A stretch of DNA of 64,000 nt from Lobosporangium transversale (GCF_002105155.1 NW_019028996.1:1-64000); one strand, 5' to 3'. Shown: positions 13,075 to 27,386, counted from the stretch's first letter. The notes: a model not told the origin generated them from the letters alone. Translations and numbers: made by a program.

Positions 13075-15796
13075 TTACTTGTTCTTCTTGCGCTTTGTCA
13101 CGGGTCCAATTAAAGACTTGAAGTCTCCAACTGCAAACTCACTAACATCGTTCTTGCGCTTCAGGACAATCTTGGGCTTGGATCGTTCCTCTTTCTCGCG
13201 CTCTTTCTGAGACTTGCGCACAACATGTGACTCATCTATATCCTCCACATTCTTTCCTCCAGGGCGTACCCCTGCTACTTTTTTCTTTTTAGGTTGTGGG
13301 ATATCCGAAGGCGCTTCACGCAATGCAAAACTCTTAGCGATATGTCCTAGATGCAGATTCTTGATATGAAAAATATGTTTTTCAGAAGATGGATGTGTCG
13401 CGTATGATTTGACAAATGCCCAAAAGGCTGCACGGGCGATGGCCATGCTCTAATATAACAAATAGGCAAAGACATCAAAAATAAATATAAATCCAATTAG
13501 CATTTTGAATACTTTTGAATCAGACATCAAGAACGTGGGTTCAAATAACTGTTGTGCTGGGATGTCTCTTGCCTCTGGTGAGTGGAGATTGTACCGCTCA
13601 AAGCTGTTTTGGATGTCCGTAGCAGGTTGCTGGTACTCGTTCGACTTTGGAGGCGCCAGCGTCATCAAGATACTCGTTACCGAAACTTCTTGATTTGGCA
13701 GTCCTTGAGCCGTTAGTAACTCCAGATATTTGACTTCACTAGGCAAAAGGAACAAGATGGCCTCACCATCCCGTCCGAGACGAGCAGTGCGTCCGACACG
13801 ATGGACATAATCCTTCAGATCCGAAGGAGGATCATATTGGATGATATGACTGACATCCGGCAGATCTAGTCCACGAGCTGCAACATCGGTGGCAAATAAG
13901 ACTCCACTGGGCGCCTTACAAAACTCAAAATATGTATCTGTTCTCATCCCCTGTGCTAAATTACCGTGCAAACGGAATAAAGGTACATCTGGTAGCACGG
14001 CTCCTTTGAGCGACAGCTGCGCTCTTGTCTTCTTAGCATTAGCTCTCTCGGCATCACGCTTTGCCTTATGGATTTCATCCCTATTCGCCTTAGAATCAAT
14101 TCTGTTGGCACCAGAAGCAAATTCTGGGCTTCTTTCATGATCATTATCACCTTGTTCCTCCTCATCCTTCTCAAATCTCTGGCCAAGATATTCATCGTGT
14201 GAAAGCTCCAGCTTGGTCTCTTTTCCGGCATGAGCAAATAGTTCATAGTGGAAATCAACAGAGTCGCACGATGACAAAAACACCACTGTCTTGGGTAATT
14301 TGGGTCCTTTAATCTTGTTGGCAAAAGCACTCTTAAGCAAGGCAGTAAGAGTGACCAGACGGAGCTTCGCTTGCACAATAACATAATTCTGTTTAAGTTG
14401 CTCTGGAGTCGAAAATTTCTCTGTGTGTTTCTCCTCGGCTGTGGCTAATGCGGCCTCGGGAATGTCTTTCTTATTGGAAGCATCCTTCTGTGCACTAATG
14501 TATATTGGCTCGATGAGTGAAGTGCCAGCAAGGCGTTGAACATCTTCCGATAATGTGGCAGAGCATAGTACGGTCTGGCGTTTCTTGGGCCAAATCCCCG
14601 TGGTGTCATTAGCACTAGTGATAGAGGCTGCAAATTTAACTCTTGCATCTAAAATTTTCAGAATCGCCGTCATCGACTCTTCGAATCCTAGTTCAAGCAA
14701 TCGATCCGCCTCATCTAACACTAACCACCTCAAACTTTGCACATTGAAAGATTTTGTGTTTTGCAAATGATCCAAGAGTCGCCCGGGTGTACCCACCAGG
14801 ATGTTAACACCCTTACGCAGCCTAGCCTTCTCTGACTTCTTCTTGTCTCCTCCAATGACGATCCCTGGCACAATCCAATGCGAGCGCTTCTTACCTGTGA
14901 TTGAGGATGCAGGCATGCTGAGGAGCGTCTCCAAAACTTGCAAAATTTGTTTTGCTAACTCACGAGTAGGTGTCATGATGATGGCAAGTGTCCCTATAGA
15001 CCGTTTTGATTCCAGATCCAGCATTGGTGAGGCCTCCGACTCGATTAACCGATTGATAATGGGTAGAAGGTATGTAAGCGTCTTTCCCGATCCGGTTTCT
15101 GCTTGAATAATTACATCCGTATCCGTCTTTGGCACATTGTCTCCAACTTTACGTGTGGGCCCGAGCAAAACTGGAATAGCCTTTTGTTGAATAATTGTTG
15201 GCTGTGTCACCTTGAGCTTCGCTTCCATATGCTTGACCAAGTCTTTGTCTAATCCAATACCAGTGAATGTTGAGGTATTCAAAGGAGCATTGCTTGGTTT
15301 TCCAACGGGACGATGGATCGTCTTAATCTAAGTTTTCAAAAATGGCCATACTTCTTTTTTCTTTAGCAAATACATATTTTTTCCGATTTGTAGGGATGTT
15401 CGGCATGGTAGATAGGTGACTAATGTTTACCTTAGGCATATCCCCAATATCAGGCGAGAAGATGGATGATTGGACCTGGGACTTTCCGTGCATAAGTTTC
15501 GCCTCTTTGGAGACAACATGATCACTGAGCAATTGGTGGTCAGAGTTGTTATGAGAACGAGTGGCCCTTCTGTCTTTGGTTGATGATGGATTCAATATTG
15601 AAAATGATGCTGAGGTATGTATTGGTTTGGGAAAAGATGAAGCACTTTCACGCTCAGAAACTTGGAGTTTCCTCTTGGCAGACTTGACGACTTTAACTCT
15701 ATCCTTCCAACGTCCACCCTTTGGTTTAGCGAGCCTTGTAGGTGCGGAGCCCCCTGTAGGCGCTACGAGGTTTAAAACAAGTCTCTCAGTGTCCAT
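13075..15796 (-). CDS. DBP7: DEAD-box RNA helicase Dbp7/DDX31 (3 exons; second intron probably GC-AG)
   Basis: [63 protein letters not shown], and C-terminal SYATH...[16 protein letters not shown]. Confidence 0.93.
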
Positions 15797-15952
15797 GGCG
15801 TTGCGTAATGAAATTGAAAATGAGAAGTAATGTTTAAAGGCTCTGAAAGGGAGGGGTTATTTTTTTGTTTATTTACTTGTGCTGCATATTTTTTAAATGC
15901 GGCTTAGTGAGCCACATTGTTATTATACTCAAATACAAATATTGTAATCTGT

Positions 15953-18458
15953 TCAAAACATGCTCATCTTGGTCAAAATTTCTTGCTGCTGAACGTAATG
16001 GATAGTCGCTGGATAACCGTTAGGACCGCCAACGCGGACACTCATCATAACATCTAAGTCAAATGGAACCATAGCCCCCCCAAGAGCAATCAAAGGATAC
16101 GAAGGGACAAACTGCGTGGTCAGAAAGAAACCAAACTCCAGTCCTGAGGGATGCTGCAACGTCAATGGAGGTGTGTCGACAGCACCATTGGGAGGTACGG
16201 CCTGTTCATACTTGGCATTGATTGTGCCAAAAAAGTTGCCTTTCCATGAGATCTGTGTGACTTGTCCAGTGACATAAAGCTCTGTGTTCAAGGGGTTGAT
16301 CATGTTAACGCTGGTAATAGTCTGACGATTACCCAATAGAGTCCCAATATTGGAATTAGCAGTTCCAGAGGTAACTAAGAGGCGAGGGGGCGTGAGACCA
16401 GGCGCTGTGGAAGAGATGGAGACAAGAGACATGGCGGCCTTGAGCTCTACAATAGAAGTAGCCTTCTTAGATCCAACAACCTTGAGAGGGAAAACGGCGC
16501 CTGTCAAGTATTGGCTTAAGAACTGATCACGGAGAGTCTCATTTTTAGGGTGGAAAAAGAACTGCGATGGAGTAGGGTTGGGGCCGGGGACGACCTTCAG
16601 ATTAGGGATAGAGAGCTCACCAAGGTACTGATCAGTGACTTTATCATAAACAGTCAGAAGCACGCTGCCACCTGTTACACTGAGAGTGGATGGGTTTGGC
16701 AGTGCAACCATCTGGTTCATGGTAATATGGTCGGAAGTGCCACCATTGACAACAACATTGGTGACAGCAGCATCAATCGAGTTGAAATTAAGGCCCTTCA
16801 TAGTTACATTGGAAGTGAAAGGAATGCCAGAAAGTTTAACAGTCCCTACAGGCGTGGTTGAGACCGCACTGGCAAGACCGGTGACCATAAACGTCTGCTC
16901 GGCATTGACTGTGAGATCTGCGATGAACTGATCGAACTCTTCTTTAGCATCGTCCTTAACAACAAGGAGTGAAGGAGGAAGGCTAAATACGATCAGGCCA
17001 CCGGGAACATCTGATTGGGCTTGACTCCAAACCGCAGCATTAATATCAGTTAGAACCTTGCCCTTATACAGGATAGACATAGAGTTACTGACGCTCTGCA
17101 TACCGACGGTAATGTTGAAAGGAAGCTTAAAGCCGGCAGTAACCATGTTGGAGCTGGCAGTGGGAGTGTAAGGACTAGTTTCATTGAATATCATACCCAT
17201 ATCTTTGATGCTGATATCGCGGATGACATTCAAGGGTGTGGGCGACTGCAATGGTACGTTCAGTGTCAAAGATAGGAGACCATTACTGAGCCAGGAGATC
17301 GAGTTGATCCCATCAGGCTTGACAGCCACACCCTTTGCGCTCGTCATAGTGACCTTGCCAGCCAAAAAGTTCGACATGAGAGTAGAGACATTATCTAGAT
17401 CGGTTTGGTTGGTCTGGTAGAAAAGAAGACCTTCCAAGGTCAGGGGCGAAGGTGAGTTGCCGATAAGGACAGCGTCGGTAGCAGTAACCTGGCCGAGATA
17501 GGTGCCCTCATAGAAGAGATCGAGCACCATGGTCCCGAGAGTCATGCCGATGGGCGAGGGATTGTTCATGGACGTGACAAGACGGACATATGCACCAGCG
17601 TTATTAGGTGCGTCTCCAGGCATCGTAAAACTGTCAATCGTGACCTTGCCAAAGCCATTCATGCCGAGCATTTTAAGTTCTTTCTTGAGGCTGATGTCCT
17701 TGATGGTTCGTCCAATAGCTTTTACTTGCACTGTTGAAGTCAACACCCAGGTAAATGTCTCGATTGTCAACTTAAACAAGAAAGAGAAAAAGGACATCAT
17801 TTCAGAATAAAGAACAAGACGATCAAAAAGAAGAACTCTGCTGCGTAAAATAGGATGTTGACAGATGCATCATACGTACCATGTCTTTTGCAAAAGTAGA
17901 AAAGGCTTCCTTATCAATGATAGAGAACGAAGTCGAGTCGATAATTGTAGCCTTGCCTCCTGAAGCCTTCACGCTGGACATTTGCATGCTACCGAGCTGA
18001 TGGCCTTCCCATGAGACGATAATAGGCTCGGGAAACTCGATAGTAGCAGGAAAGATACCAGCATTATCGATCCCTCCGATTAATGAGACCTTCATCCCTG
18101 TCTCAGTGGCGTCGGTCATATTGAGTTGGCTCATCGACATAGTTGAGCCATTAACGATAGCTTGCACCAACTTTGGCAAGATGACGAAGATGAGCAGAGG
18201 AATGAAGACAGCCAGGATGATAACGAGGATCGTGATGCACTTGATCCAGAAACGCTTGCTCTGATAGAAGCGTGTGCGTTTCTCTGCGGCATGGCCATGC
18301 TCCTCATCATAAGTATCAAATTCGCCTTTTTCATCATTGTATTCCACCTCGTCAGAGCCATATGGAAGGTCCTCATCACTGGAGATTTTACCGGCATTCT
18401 GATGGTGATCCTTCTCTGCGAGTTTTTCTTTGGATGCAGAGAATAACATGTGAGACAT
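15953..18458 (-). CDS. Type II membrane protein with repeated DUF3712/LEA_2-like beta-rich units (Tag1-like)
   Basis: Acidic N-terminus and one TM (ITILVIILAVFIPLLIFVIL), then repeated N-P-S/L-x-x-hydrophobic units (NPSPIGMTLG, NPSTLSVTGG, NPLNTELYV). One GT-AG intron at ~17772-17879 joins the two ORFs in frame. Confidence 0.72.
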
Positions 18459-20551
18459 GGCTGTGCGATGACTGTATAAGGATTTGTGGTGTGAGGGAGT
18501 GATAATTAACTGCTGTTGATTTGATTGGGCGAAAAAAAAAAAAAAAAAAAAAAATGTCGTTAAAGATGGAGCTTACGATCGATCAAGATAAGTGAATAAA
18601 TGTTGCCGAAGGCGCTTAAATCGAATGGGTCCTGGAAGCGACCGGGCGAACGGTAGAAATGAAGAATGGAGAAGGAATATAACAGTTAACGTATGAACGA
18701 TAATGGAATAGACAATCGATCAAAAGCAAGGGACAAGAAGAGAAGAGAGACGAAAAATGAGGAGAGCACACATCCAATAAAACTATGGCCATGGGTCGCA
18801 TGAAAACAGAGTCGCTTGACTTCATTGTTTTTTCTTTCTCATATCTGTTCTCCGAAGCTCACTTAAAGAAGTATGATTACAGTAATGGATGGTTATGGCG
18901 ATAAAATGCCTTTTTTTTGTGCATTTGTTTTTGTTTGTGAGCATACATGATTTATCTTCATCGTCCTGTACGGTTCCTGATAATTTCAATTCTTTGATTA
19001 AAATGATGATTTCCTTGGTTGCTACTGGGAATCATAAAAAGAAACATATTCGCATGAGAATTACTAACCCGGACTTTATAATATATACATTTATAGTGCT
19101 TTTAGAATATGTTCGTTACCAAATGATGAGGGTGATATATACACATTCACAGGGAAAAGGCTTACAAGAACAGATCGAAAGGTTGGAAAAATACACAACA
19201 TGTATATATATATCTATAAGGATTATGAATAGGTACTCCATTTGTATTACACAACATCCGAAAATCAGGTTAACAGACTAGGTAAAGTTTTAAGAGCCCT
19301 ATTTTTTTTATTGCTTCTTTCGATCTAAACCCATTATTCAAGCCAACAAGCACCTGTTTGAATACGCAAGTCGTATCGTGTACAATATATATAAAAATAT
19401 ACATGTACGCATCTAGGCATTGTTTAACTCTTTGTTCCTATCCAGTAAACAGTGCCTTTTTTTTTTTTTTTTTTTTTTTTGGCTCAGGTGGAGCTGAGAT
19501 TGGAATTTTTTACATGATCCATAATTCATGCGATGAACCGAGCAACAGCCGTAGCAGACGGGCAGGCATATGAATGCTACATTTCTTATTCTTCGCATGT
19601 GGAGAGTCAGTCCGCACTGTGGAAAGCAAGGAAGTTCAAATGGGGTGATTTAAAGAGCGACAAAATTTCCAGTGGAGAAAAATGGTAGCGGAGTGGAGTG
19701 GGAGTATGGATAAACAAGGATTTTCAGTGTGCCGGAGTTACAGATGAAGATCTACGGTTGTAGGGGTTTATTATAAGGATTACATTCTCAAGGCCACTCT
19801 ATAAATGGATCTCCTGTCTGCAAACAACTTGATAATTATCACTATTGATAATAAGGTGCGCTTAGCATTTATATGTATTCAAACATTCCTCGAGTGCAAC
19901 CTCTTTTTCTGACGCGTCTTTTATTTGTGTTGCATGGCCCTTCCTTTTTTAATTATGACAGCTTCCACCACGTTTTTGCCGCGCTATTGTGTCACATTAA
20001 TGTTGTATAGATATACCATTACTTTGTTTTGAAGGACACTGTGCTCACTGGCACATGTCAACACCGAAAATGCTCGAGTTAAAAAAAGGCAACGCCTAAT
20101 TGATCTTTGTCAAAATTGAGGACGTAGACTGTGGACTCCTTTGTTAAGTCAAACTCGGCTTGTGTTAATTATGTCACTTTATACAAGCTAATAAGCCAGA
20201 TTCGTAATGTATATATTGTTGTGCCTGAATAAATATAGTATTATCATAAAGGGCTTTACTCAATTGACTATACTTGGCACCCTTTCCCAAATTGAGAGAC
20301 TTTAAAGTAGCATGGTTGACTTTCTGGCTTTGGTGCTTGTCCTCACAAACAGCTGTACACTACTCAATCATCTCTTTATTCTTTTAACCCCCTTTCTCTC
20401 GGTCAATCTGTAGACGATAATACTCATTATAGTACATAAACAGTAAGATAAAGATGAGCTTATTGCAAATCCACCTTCGATGTGGGCAACTATTTTTCCC
20501 TGGTACAAGGGCATTTGATGATATGAAGAACTCTTTAATTGTTTAATTTTA

Positions 20552-20971
20552 CTAAATTTGGACTTGAGAGGCTTTAAGAACAAATTGGTCGTCAACACTA
20601 ATTTCCTTGGGCTCGGCAGTCCACTTCTTAATCCAGCCAATGACTTCTGTATGCCAACGAATACTATTGGCAGGTTTAAGAACCCTGAATTCGTAGAAGA
20701 AAAAATGCATTGTATTAATATGCCTGCACTCAAAAAAAAAGCTTTTGGTCATGCTTGAATTCAGTAAAGATGCGTGGCACCAACCAGTGGTTCTCATCAG
20801 GGAAGTAGACAAAACGGGAAGGGATTCCCTTGCGCTGCAAGACGGTGAATGTTGCCAAGCCCTCAGTGACAGGCAAGCGATAGTCTAGCAAAACGATAAC
20901 AATAATAATAGAAGTTATCATTTTTTAAGTGTATAACCTTCAGAAGACATCAACATGGGCTATACACCCAG

Positions 20972-21006
<35 letters not shown>

Positions 21007-23073
21007 CTCACCCTTGTCACTATGGATAACGAGAGTAGGGGTCTTCCAGTTCTGAACAAAATTTGCAGGGTTCCAACGCTCGTAGTTTTTCTTGGCATTG
21101 GCGTCCCATGGGACACCACCGTACTATCAGAGATGCCAAAGGACATGTTAGTATTCGTCAAAAATTCAGAAAATCACCATCCATTCAAGAAATATTTTAC
21201 AAAGGGCTGATGCGAACCTCATGCTCAGGAAAGTAAAGCTCCTCGGTGGTATAGAATCCATTCTTAGTATCAAAGATCCCATCATGATTGACCAAGCAGT
21301 TAAAGCGGTCGGTATGTCCATTGAACCAGCTAAAATACAGGACGTATGAGTATGGAAAGTAAATATATAAACAAATAAACGAAGTCATATCAAAGGGTTC
21401 AACTCATACTTCATCATGTATCCACCATAAGATGCTCCAAGGGCAGCAATACGAGTCTGGTCAATGAACGGGTGGGTCTCAAGGACGTGATCAAGTCCCT
21501 TTATCAGATCAATATAAGGAGAGCCTCCCCAGTTGTTATTGATAGCATCAGTGAATGCCTGTCCGTATCCGGTTGATCCGGTAGGGTTGAAGAAAACGGT
21601 AACAAAGCCGGCGTTGGCGAAAACATTAGGATTCCAACGAGTGCTCCAGTTGTCATTAAAGGCGCTCTGAGGACCACCATGAACAATAAAAGCAAGAGGG
21701 TATTTCTTATTAATGTCAAAACCAATGGGTTTCAAAAGGAATCCGTGGACATCTCTATCTTGGTCACCCTTGAACCAAATATCTTCAGGAGTACTGAGGT
21801 AGACATTCTCAAGGTCCTTGCGATAAAGATCAGTGCGTCGTGTAATAGCCTTGGACCTGACGTCAACAGTAAAGAAGTTGATAGGACTGGTCAACGATGA
21901 GGTAGAATAGAACAGTGTTTGGTCATCAATGAGGCGCAGCCCACTCTGGGAATTCTTGCTGACGATTTCTTCCACAGCCTCGGTCTTAAGGTTGATCTGA
22001 AAAATCTTGATGCGTCCATGATCCTCAGCAGTAACATAAATGTTCTCATCTTTGCTGTCAAAAATGATGCTACTAGGGCTTCGATCCCAGTCTTTGGCAA
22101 TAATGCGCGACTCTCCAGCCGTATAAACGACAATTCGGTTGCGGTCGGCCTCGTATTGGGGCTTGAGCATCTGGAAGTAGGCGATAGATTTACCTGTAGC
22201 TGAGTAGACAGGGTTACTGGCTGCTCCTACACTATCTGAGTTAATATTCTTGGGAGCGATACCACCACTGGTAGGGACGGTGTAAATGTGCGTCGTGGTC
22301 TGCCAAGCGTTATCTCGAGACGTTATCTTGGAGACAAAGACAACCTCCTTGCCGTCAGGGGAGATATCATAGTCGCTCTCATCTCCAAAAGGAATGACAG
22401 GCGATTCAAGTCCAGTGTTGAGCAGCAAGTTAATTGCCTCACCATCCTTCACAAACTTGTCGCTATCCTTTTTGACCTTGACAACAAAAATATTGTTCTT
22501 TTTTTCCTGAATAAATTCATCCCAGTGACGGACCATGAGTGTGTCAAAGGCTAAAGCGGTATCTTTTTTATAAGATTTGACATGCTCGTCCTTATCCTTA
22601 GCTCCTTGAAGCGATCCATCAGCATAGACAGCAGCTGTGAACGCGATCAGATTAGCAGCACGATTGAATTTGACATTAGCAATATCAACAGGGAAGTTAG
22701 TCAATTGGTAAGGCTCTGCGTTTGAGCCAACGACCTTGACATAAAGCTGGCCCTTGGAAATGAAAGTGACATGGCTATTATCGAGCCAAATAGCATTGCT
22801 ATGGGCAGTATCAGGAGTATGGGGCGTCAAATCAGAATGAGCATTGTTATCCTTGAGGTTAACAAGCTGTAAGTTGCGGATAGACTTGTTTGTATCGACA
22901 TTGTAGCGCGAGACTGAGAAGACAGCGTAGTTTCCGTCGGGCGAGAGTGCAGCAGAAGAAGGACGGGGGAGCGAGAGCATGAGCTCCGGGGTGAGTGGAT
23001 TCGATTCGAGCGAAATGGTCATGGCGGAAGTTGCGGTGAGGATGAGAAAGAGAAAAGTGACAACAAGACGCAT
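20552..23073 (-). CDS. DPP5: Secreted dipeptidyl-peptidase V (S9C prolyl oligopeptidase family)
   Basis: Signal peptide from ATG 23073 ([12 protein letters not shown]...), [21 protein letters not shown], nucleophile GASYGG, DKDYRLP and FPDENHW. Four in-phase introns. Confidence 0.92.
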
Positions 23074-23663
23074 TGTGCCAAAAAAAAAAAAAAAAAAAAA
23101 AAAAAAAGAAGAGAGATAAAGAGCCTTGTATTTAAATATAGTTAAATGGAAGCTTTTGGCTACAGGAACAAAAAGAATAAAAGAAAGAAAAATGATGGGA
23201 ACTGAATTGTGGGAAAATTTTATTGAGGACATGACCTTAAAAGGCGCACTTCAATCCCATTGGAAGATGTTTTTTAAACCTGTTTGTTTAGCCTTATTTC
23301 CATCCATGCGGTCGCATTTAATGAAAAAATGGCAACTGGGAAGTGCATTGCAGCATGATACATCAAAAGCGGACATGGATGCACAATCAAAGGAGCGGCA
23401 TTCTCTAGATTATTTGATGTAATAAACTAGGATGCAGATGGGTTCATAATCACAGCGATGCTCTCGTACATAGGAAGGAGTAGGGTTGGAGGGGCCACAA
23501 AAGCTGCACATCAGAAATAGATTTGACATTTATCCACTTAACCTTAGGCCTTATTTTCAATCTCTCAATCCAGGTACGAGCATCGCAGTAGTATCCGAAG
23601 CCTCAGACATTGACTTCATTTTTTGACACTCAAAATGAATAAGCAGTAGGCTAGTAGATACAA

Positions 23664-24958
23664 ATGGCCGTTCGCCAAACCCTTTATATCTCAGATCAAC
23701 TTGCTGTCGGTGATGTTAACCACTCTCTATTCGAGATCAGGAGCATCATAAAGACCTCAAGATTGTGGAAGACTTGTGGAAGTGCACTTCAGATGAGATT
23801 AAAATATTGGACATCAACACAGGTCAGATCTGCATCCCCAGTTCGAGTGTGAAGCCCTCCTTCAGCTGTAGCATTGGCGAGTCTTGCATCGAGTTCGAAA
23901 TACGGATCGCGATGCGGAGGATAAGCAGAGTAATTCACGTACTACTACAACACCAATTCCACTCATTTCTCCTAGGATATTGATCCGAAACAAAGCGCCA
24001 TCTATTAACCGTTAGGCCGCAATAACCAACTAAACGAACACAAAAGAGCCAGGCAATGAACAATATAAAAGAGCGAGAGTACAGCACAATCTTGGCCCTA
24101 TTACATCATTGAAAACAGTCACGTAAATGGTCCTCGACGCCTGCACTCCGAACTAGACTAACGTGTTTGCAGGGGCCCATTGACCAGGACTTCAGGAGAC
24201 AGTATTTCAAGGTCAAAAATGAAATACAACTCGCAACGCTTTCACAGTACGACCAAGAAAGACTGACGAGAGCAATGGCAGTAAGTCCTGTGGAGGCAAG
24301 GGCCATGGTATGCGAGAAGTTAGTCGAGAAAGAGGAATGTGTCGAAAATCGATAATATCAAAAGTTTGATTGTATATGGATAGGTTCTAATCTCTTTCGT
24401 TCTTCAAAGTTCGCGGTGAAGTCGTCCGAAGAATCTGGAGTAGAGTACTCCGTTGCCGCGGATGTAGAGAGGGGCCTCCTTCAGTCATGTTCATGCGCCG
24501 ACTATGTCCGACAGAAGATCCCTTGCAAACACATGTATTTAGTGTCAAGGATTTACGACGGCTTCGATGTTCAATATGCCGCTGCTCCTTCGCACTTTGA
24601 ACATCAGAACAGGCACTTAGAGTTCGACTTAGGGCCTCCTCTCGAGAGCTTTATCTCACCAGTTTTACTGCGTGAGCTGGATATGATGAGAACAAAAGAG
24701 AGGGAAGAAAAGAAGAGAAAAAGAGAAGAAGTCACCACCCAAGCGTTTGAAGAGTGTGAAGAAGAGCTTATGGTCCTGTGGAAGGAGCTGGGCCGTATAG
24801 TATCTAATAGGCAGAAAATAAAGTGCGCATTGAAGGATATGCAAGACTCAATAGCAGAACCGAGGAATGTAATCCGTACAATGACAGCGAGGGGTGTTCA
24901 AGCACCTGAACAAATTATGTGCTACACCCAAAGAGCGATGGTGACGTATTTTGGGTAA
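23664..24958 (+). mobile_element. Decayed Mutator-like (MULE) transposase fragment with SWIM zinc finger
   Basis: SWIM motif YSV...CSCADYVRQKIPCKH at ~24445-24535, preceded by broken frames (LQGPIDQDFRRQY...). No intact DDE core or TIRs found; the left boundary is approximate. Confidence 0.62.
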
Positions 24959-25208
24959 AAATTATGCTGCACTCAAGTAGGAAACAGGGTTTGTAAAAAG
25001 CCAAATTAGATCATTTGCTTGTGCATGCCTTATTGCAGTCAATAGCAAAAAAAAAAAAACTACAATACAGAAAGAAAGATGTCAAGTCCGATCCGTCGCA
25101 CTGAGTCGCCAATACTTGGTATGACAAATGAAATCACTAGAATCCTCAAATTGACACACATCTCATTCCCCTTTAATCGTACTGATTTCTTTTCTCATTT
25201 ATACTGCT

Positions 25209-27386
25209 ATGATAGATGAGCATGCCAAAAGAAAGCGAGATGAAGTCGAGGCTCTTGAGAAGCAAACCAGTATTGTCCCAGTAAGTTTATTATACTCGGC
25301 ATTGTCCACAGTGAAGGAACATATCTAAGGCATATCACTCTTTGCTTTTCTCTCCTGACAATATCCTAGTCTGAACAAGCTGGAACAGACCCGGAAGCAG
25401 CTCCACCAAAGAAAATGCAAGTTTAATGTTCAAGCAAATATTTACTTTAAAGGCATTATTACTTGTTAACGATATCCTTAGCTTTGGCTCTTCTCGAAAA
25501 AGCAATTCTCACCTGATATTGTATTTTTTCTCTATCTATATCGCCAACAGTAAGCCGGAAATAGAGTCCAGTACTTCTGTATCTAAAGCAGAGGTCAAGC
25601 AGATCCAGCGCAACCTCAAAACCATGCCTTTGGAGGACAGTAAAAGCTCTGAGAACGCCGAAATTCAAAGCAAAGACATGGATGACGTAGAAAGTGATCC
25701 AGGAAGTAATGAAGAGAACATTCCGGACAAAGTGATGGAAGAAAGTGCGACTCCACTTCAGACGACAACGGATAATCCTCAAGATCCCGAATCGACACCC
25801 TCTTCAGATATTGGCGACCAAGAGACTGAGTCTGCAAATACAACAATTCATTCTGTCATTATTGCAGATGACAAAAACGGCACAGAGCTGAAGAAGACCA
25901 CCACTGAACCACCATCAAAATCAGCATCAAGCCCTGGCTCCAAACTTGGCGCTGGATTCAACAATACATCCATAGTCAGTCCCTTTGCTAATGTCAAATC
26001 TAGCGAGAATGTCTTTGGCAGCTCAAGCTCAACCCTCAAGGGATTCAGCGCCACATCCACTTCCAGTCCTTTTGCAGCGACTGAAAATACCAACGTTTTT
26101 GGCGGTAAATCTTCGCCGCTTTCGGCCGGATTTAGGAATACATCTTCAGTGAGTCCATTTGCGCCAACTACATCAACTAATGTATTTGGAGGTGATTCAT
26201 CGAAAAGCGTATTTGGCCAATCTACTACATCAACTATCTCAAGTTTTGGTGTTAACGCAGGTTCTTCAGCTGATTCGACTGCTGGCAGCGTATTTGGGGC
26301 CAAATCGATTGTCGGGTCAGCTGCGAGCACTAACTCACCTCACAAGTCATCGGTATGCAGATGATTGTTGCACAACATATCAATTCTCCACAGTTCAAAA
26401 GATTTATAAGATCAATGTCCCATAACTATTTATTCATCTATTTATATATTCTCGTTCTTTCAATTGCATTGCAGGGCTTCCCCGCCACATTGCGATCTAC
26501 GTCGTCTGAAACTTTCAGTACATTTGGAGCCAAAAACACATTTGGAAAAGAAGCAAGCTTCACATCAGGCTCATTTATTGATCAGGACAGTAGCCACGAA
26601 AAGGCTGATTTTGGCTCACTTCTTTCACAGGACACCGGTGACCATGACGGAGATGGAGACCAATACGAGGGCGAAGAAAGCTTTAGTACTGGAGTTTTTA
26701 GCCAAGCAGATCAGATTGATGGTAATAATCATTTTAGCCTCCAAGGAAATGGGAGGAAGCTGTCTATTCTGCGAATGCAAGCCATTTTAACTGCTTGATG
26801 CTTTCACCTATCCAATAGTTCAAACCGGAGAGGAGGATGAAATCAATATTTATCAAACCAAAGGCAAGCTATATGCAGACTCTGACAAGACACATACATG
26901 GAAAGAGCGAGGCAAAGGGACATTCAAGGTCAACGTTGGCCAGCATGATACCAAGGTAGCGCGCCTTGGTAAGTGCTATTCTTTAAATGAGATAGTTTCA
27001 AGAATCTTCAAGCAATATCTTTGAACCTTCGATGGACTGAGCTAATAGCGTATACCGCACACATCTTGATTAGTGATGAGAGCCGATGGTGTCTTACGTC
27101 TTATTTTGAATGTTGCGATTTTCCCAGATATGAACGTGGTAATCACAGGCGAAAAATATATACGGTTCATTGGTATTGAGGATGGCAAGCCTATCTCATT
27201 CCTGCTTAAGGTGAGATTACTATTGAAACTATTGATAAGTGTTTAACTTTCCGGTACCCGCATGAAATACTGAGTTTTTTTTACTTTTCTAAAAAAAAGG
27301 TTAAAGATGCTGTAGTGGCTTCAGAGGTTGTCGATGCCATAAACCATGCGTCTGAACGACAAGCAAGGAAAAACCACGCTGCATAG
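25209..27386 (+). CDS. Ran-binding (RanBP1 domain) FG-repeat protein, Yrb2/RanBP3-like
   Basis: N-terminal basic NLS-like motifs (KRKR...PPKK), a Ser/Thr-rich region with FG/SPF repeats, and a RanBD (VQTGEEDE...KLY...WKERGKGTFKVN...LVMRADGVLRLILN); stop TAG at 27384-27386. Confidence 0.82.

Noticed and set aside
18500..20500. Possible gene or RNA in the 2-kb gap between the DUF3712 and DPP5 genes
   Set aside because: Only short compositionally biased ORFs; no tRNA/snRNA signature recognised.
23440..25030. Terminal inverted repeats/TSDs around the MULE relic
   Set aside because: No convincing inverted match was found by eye.
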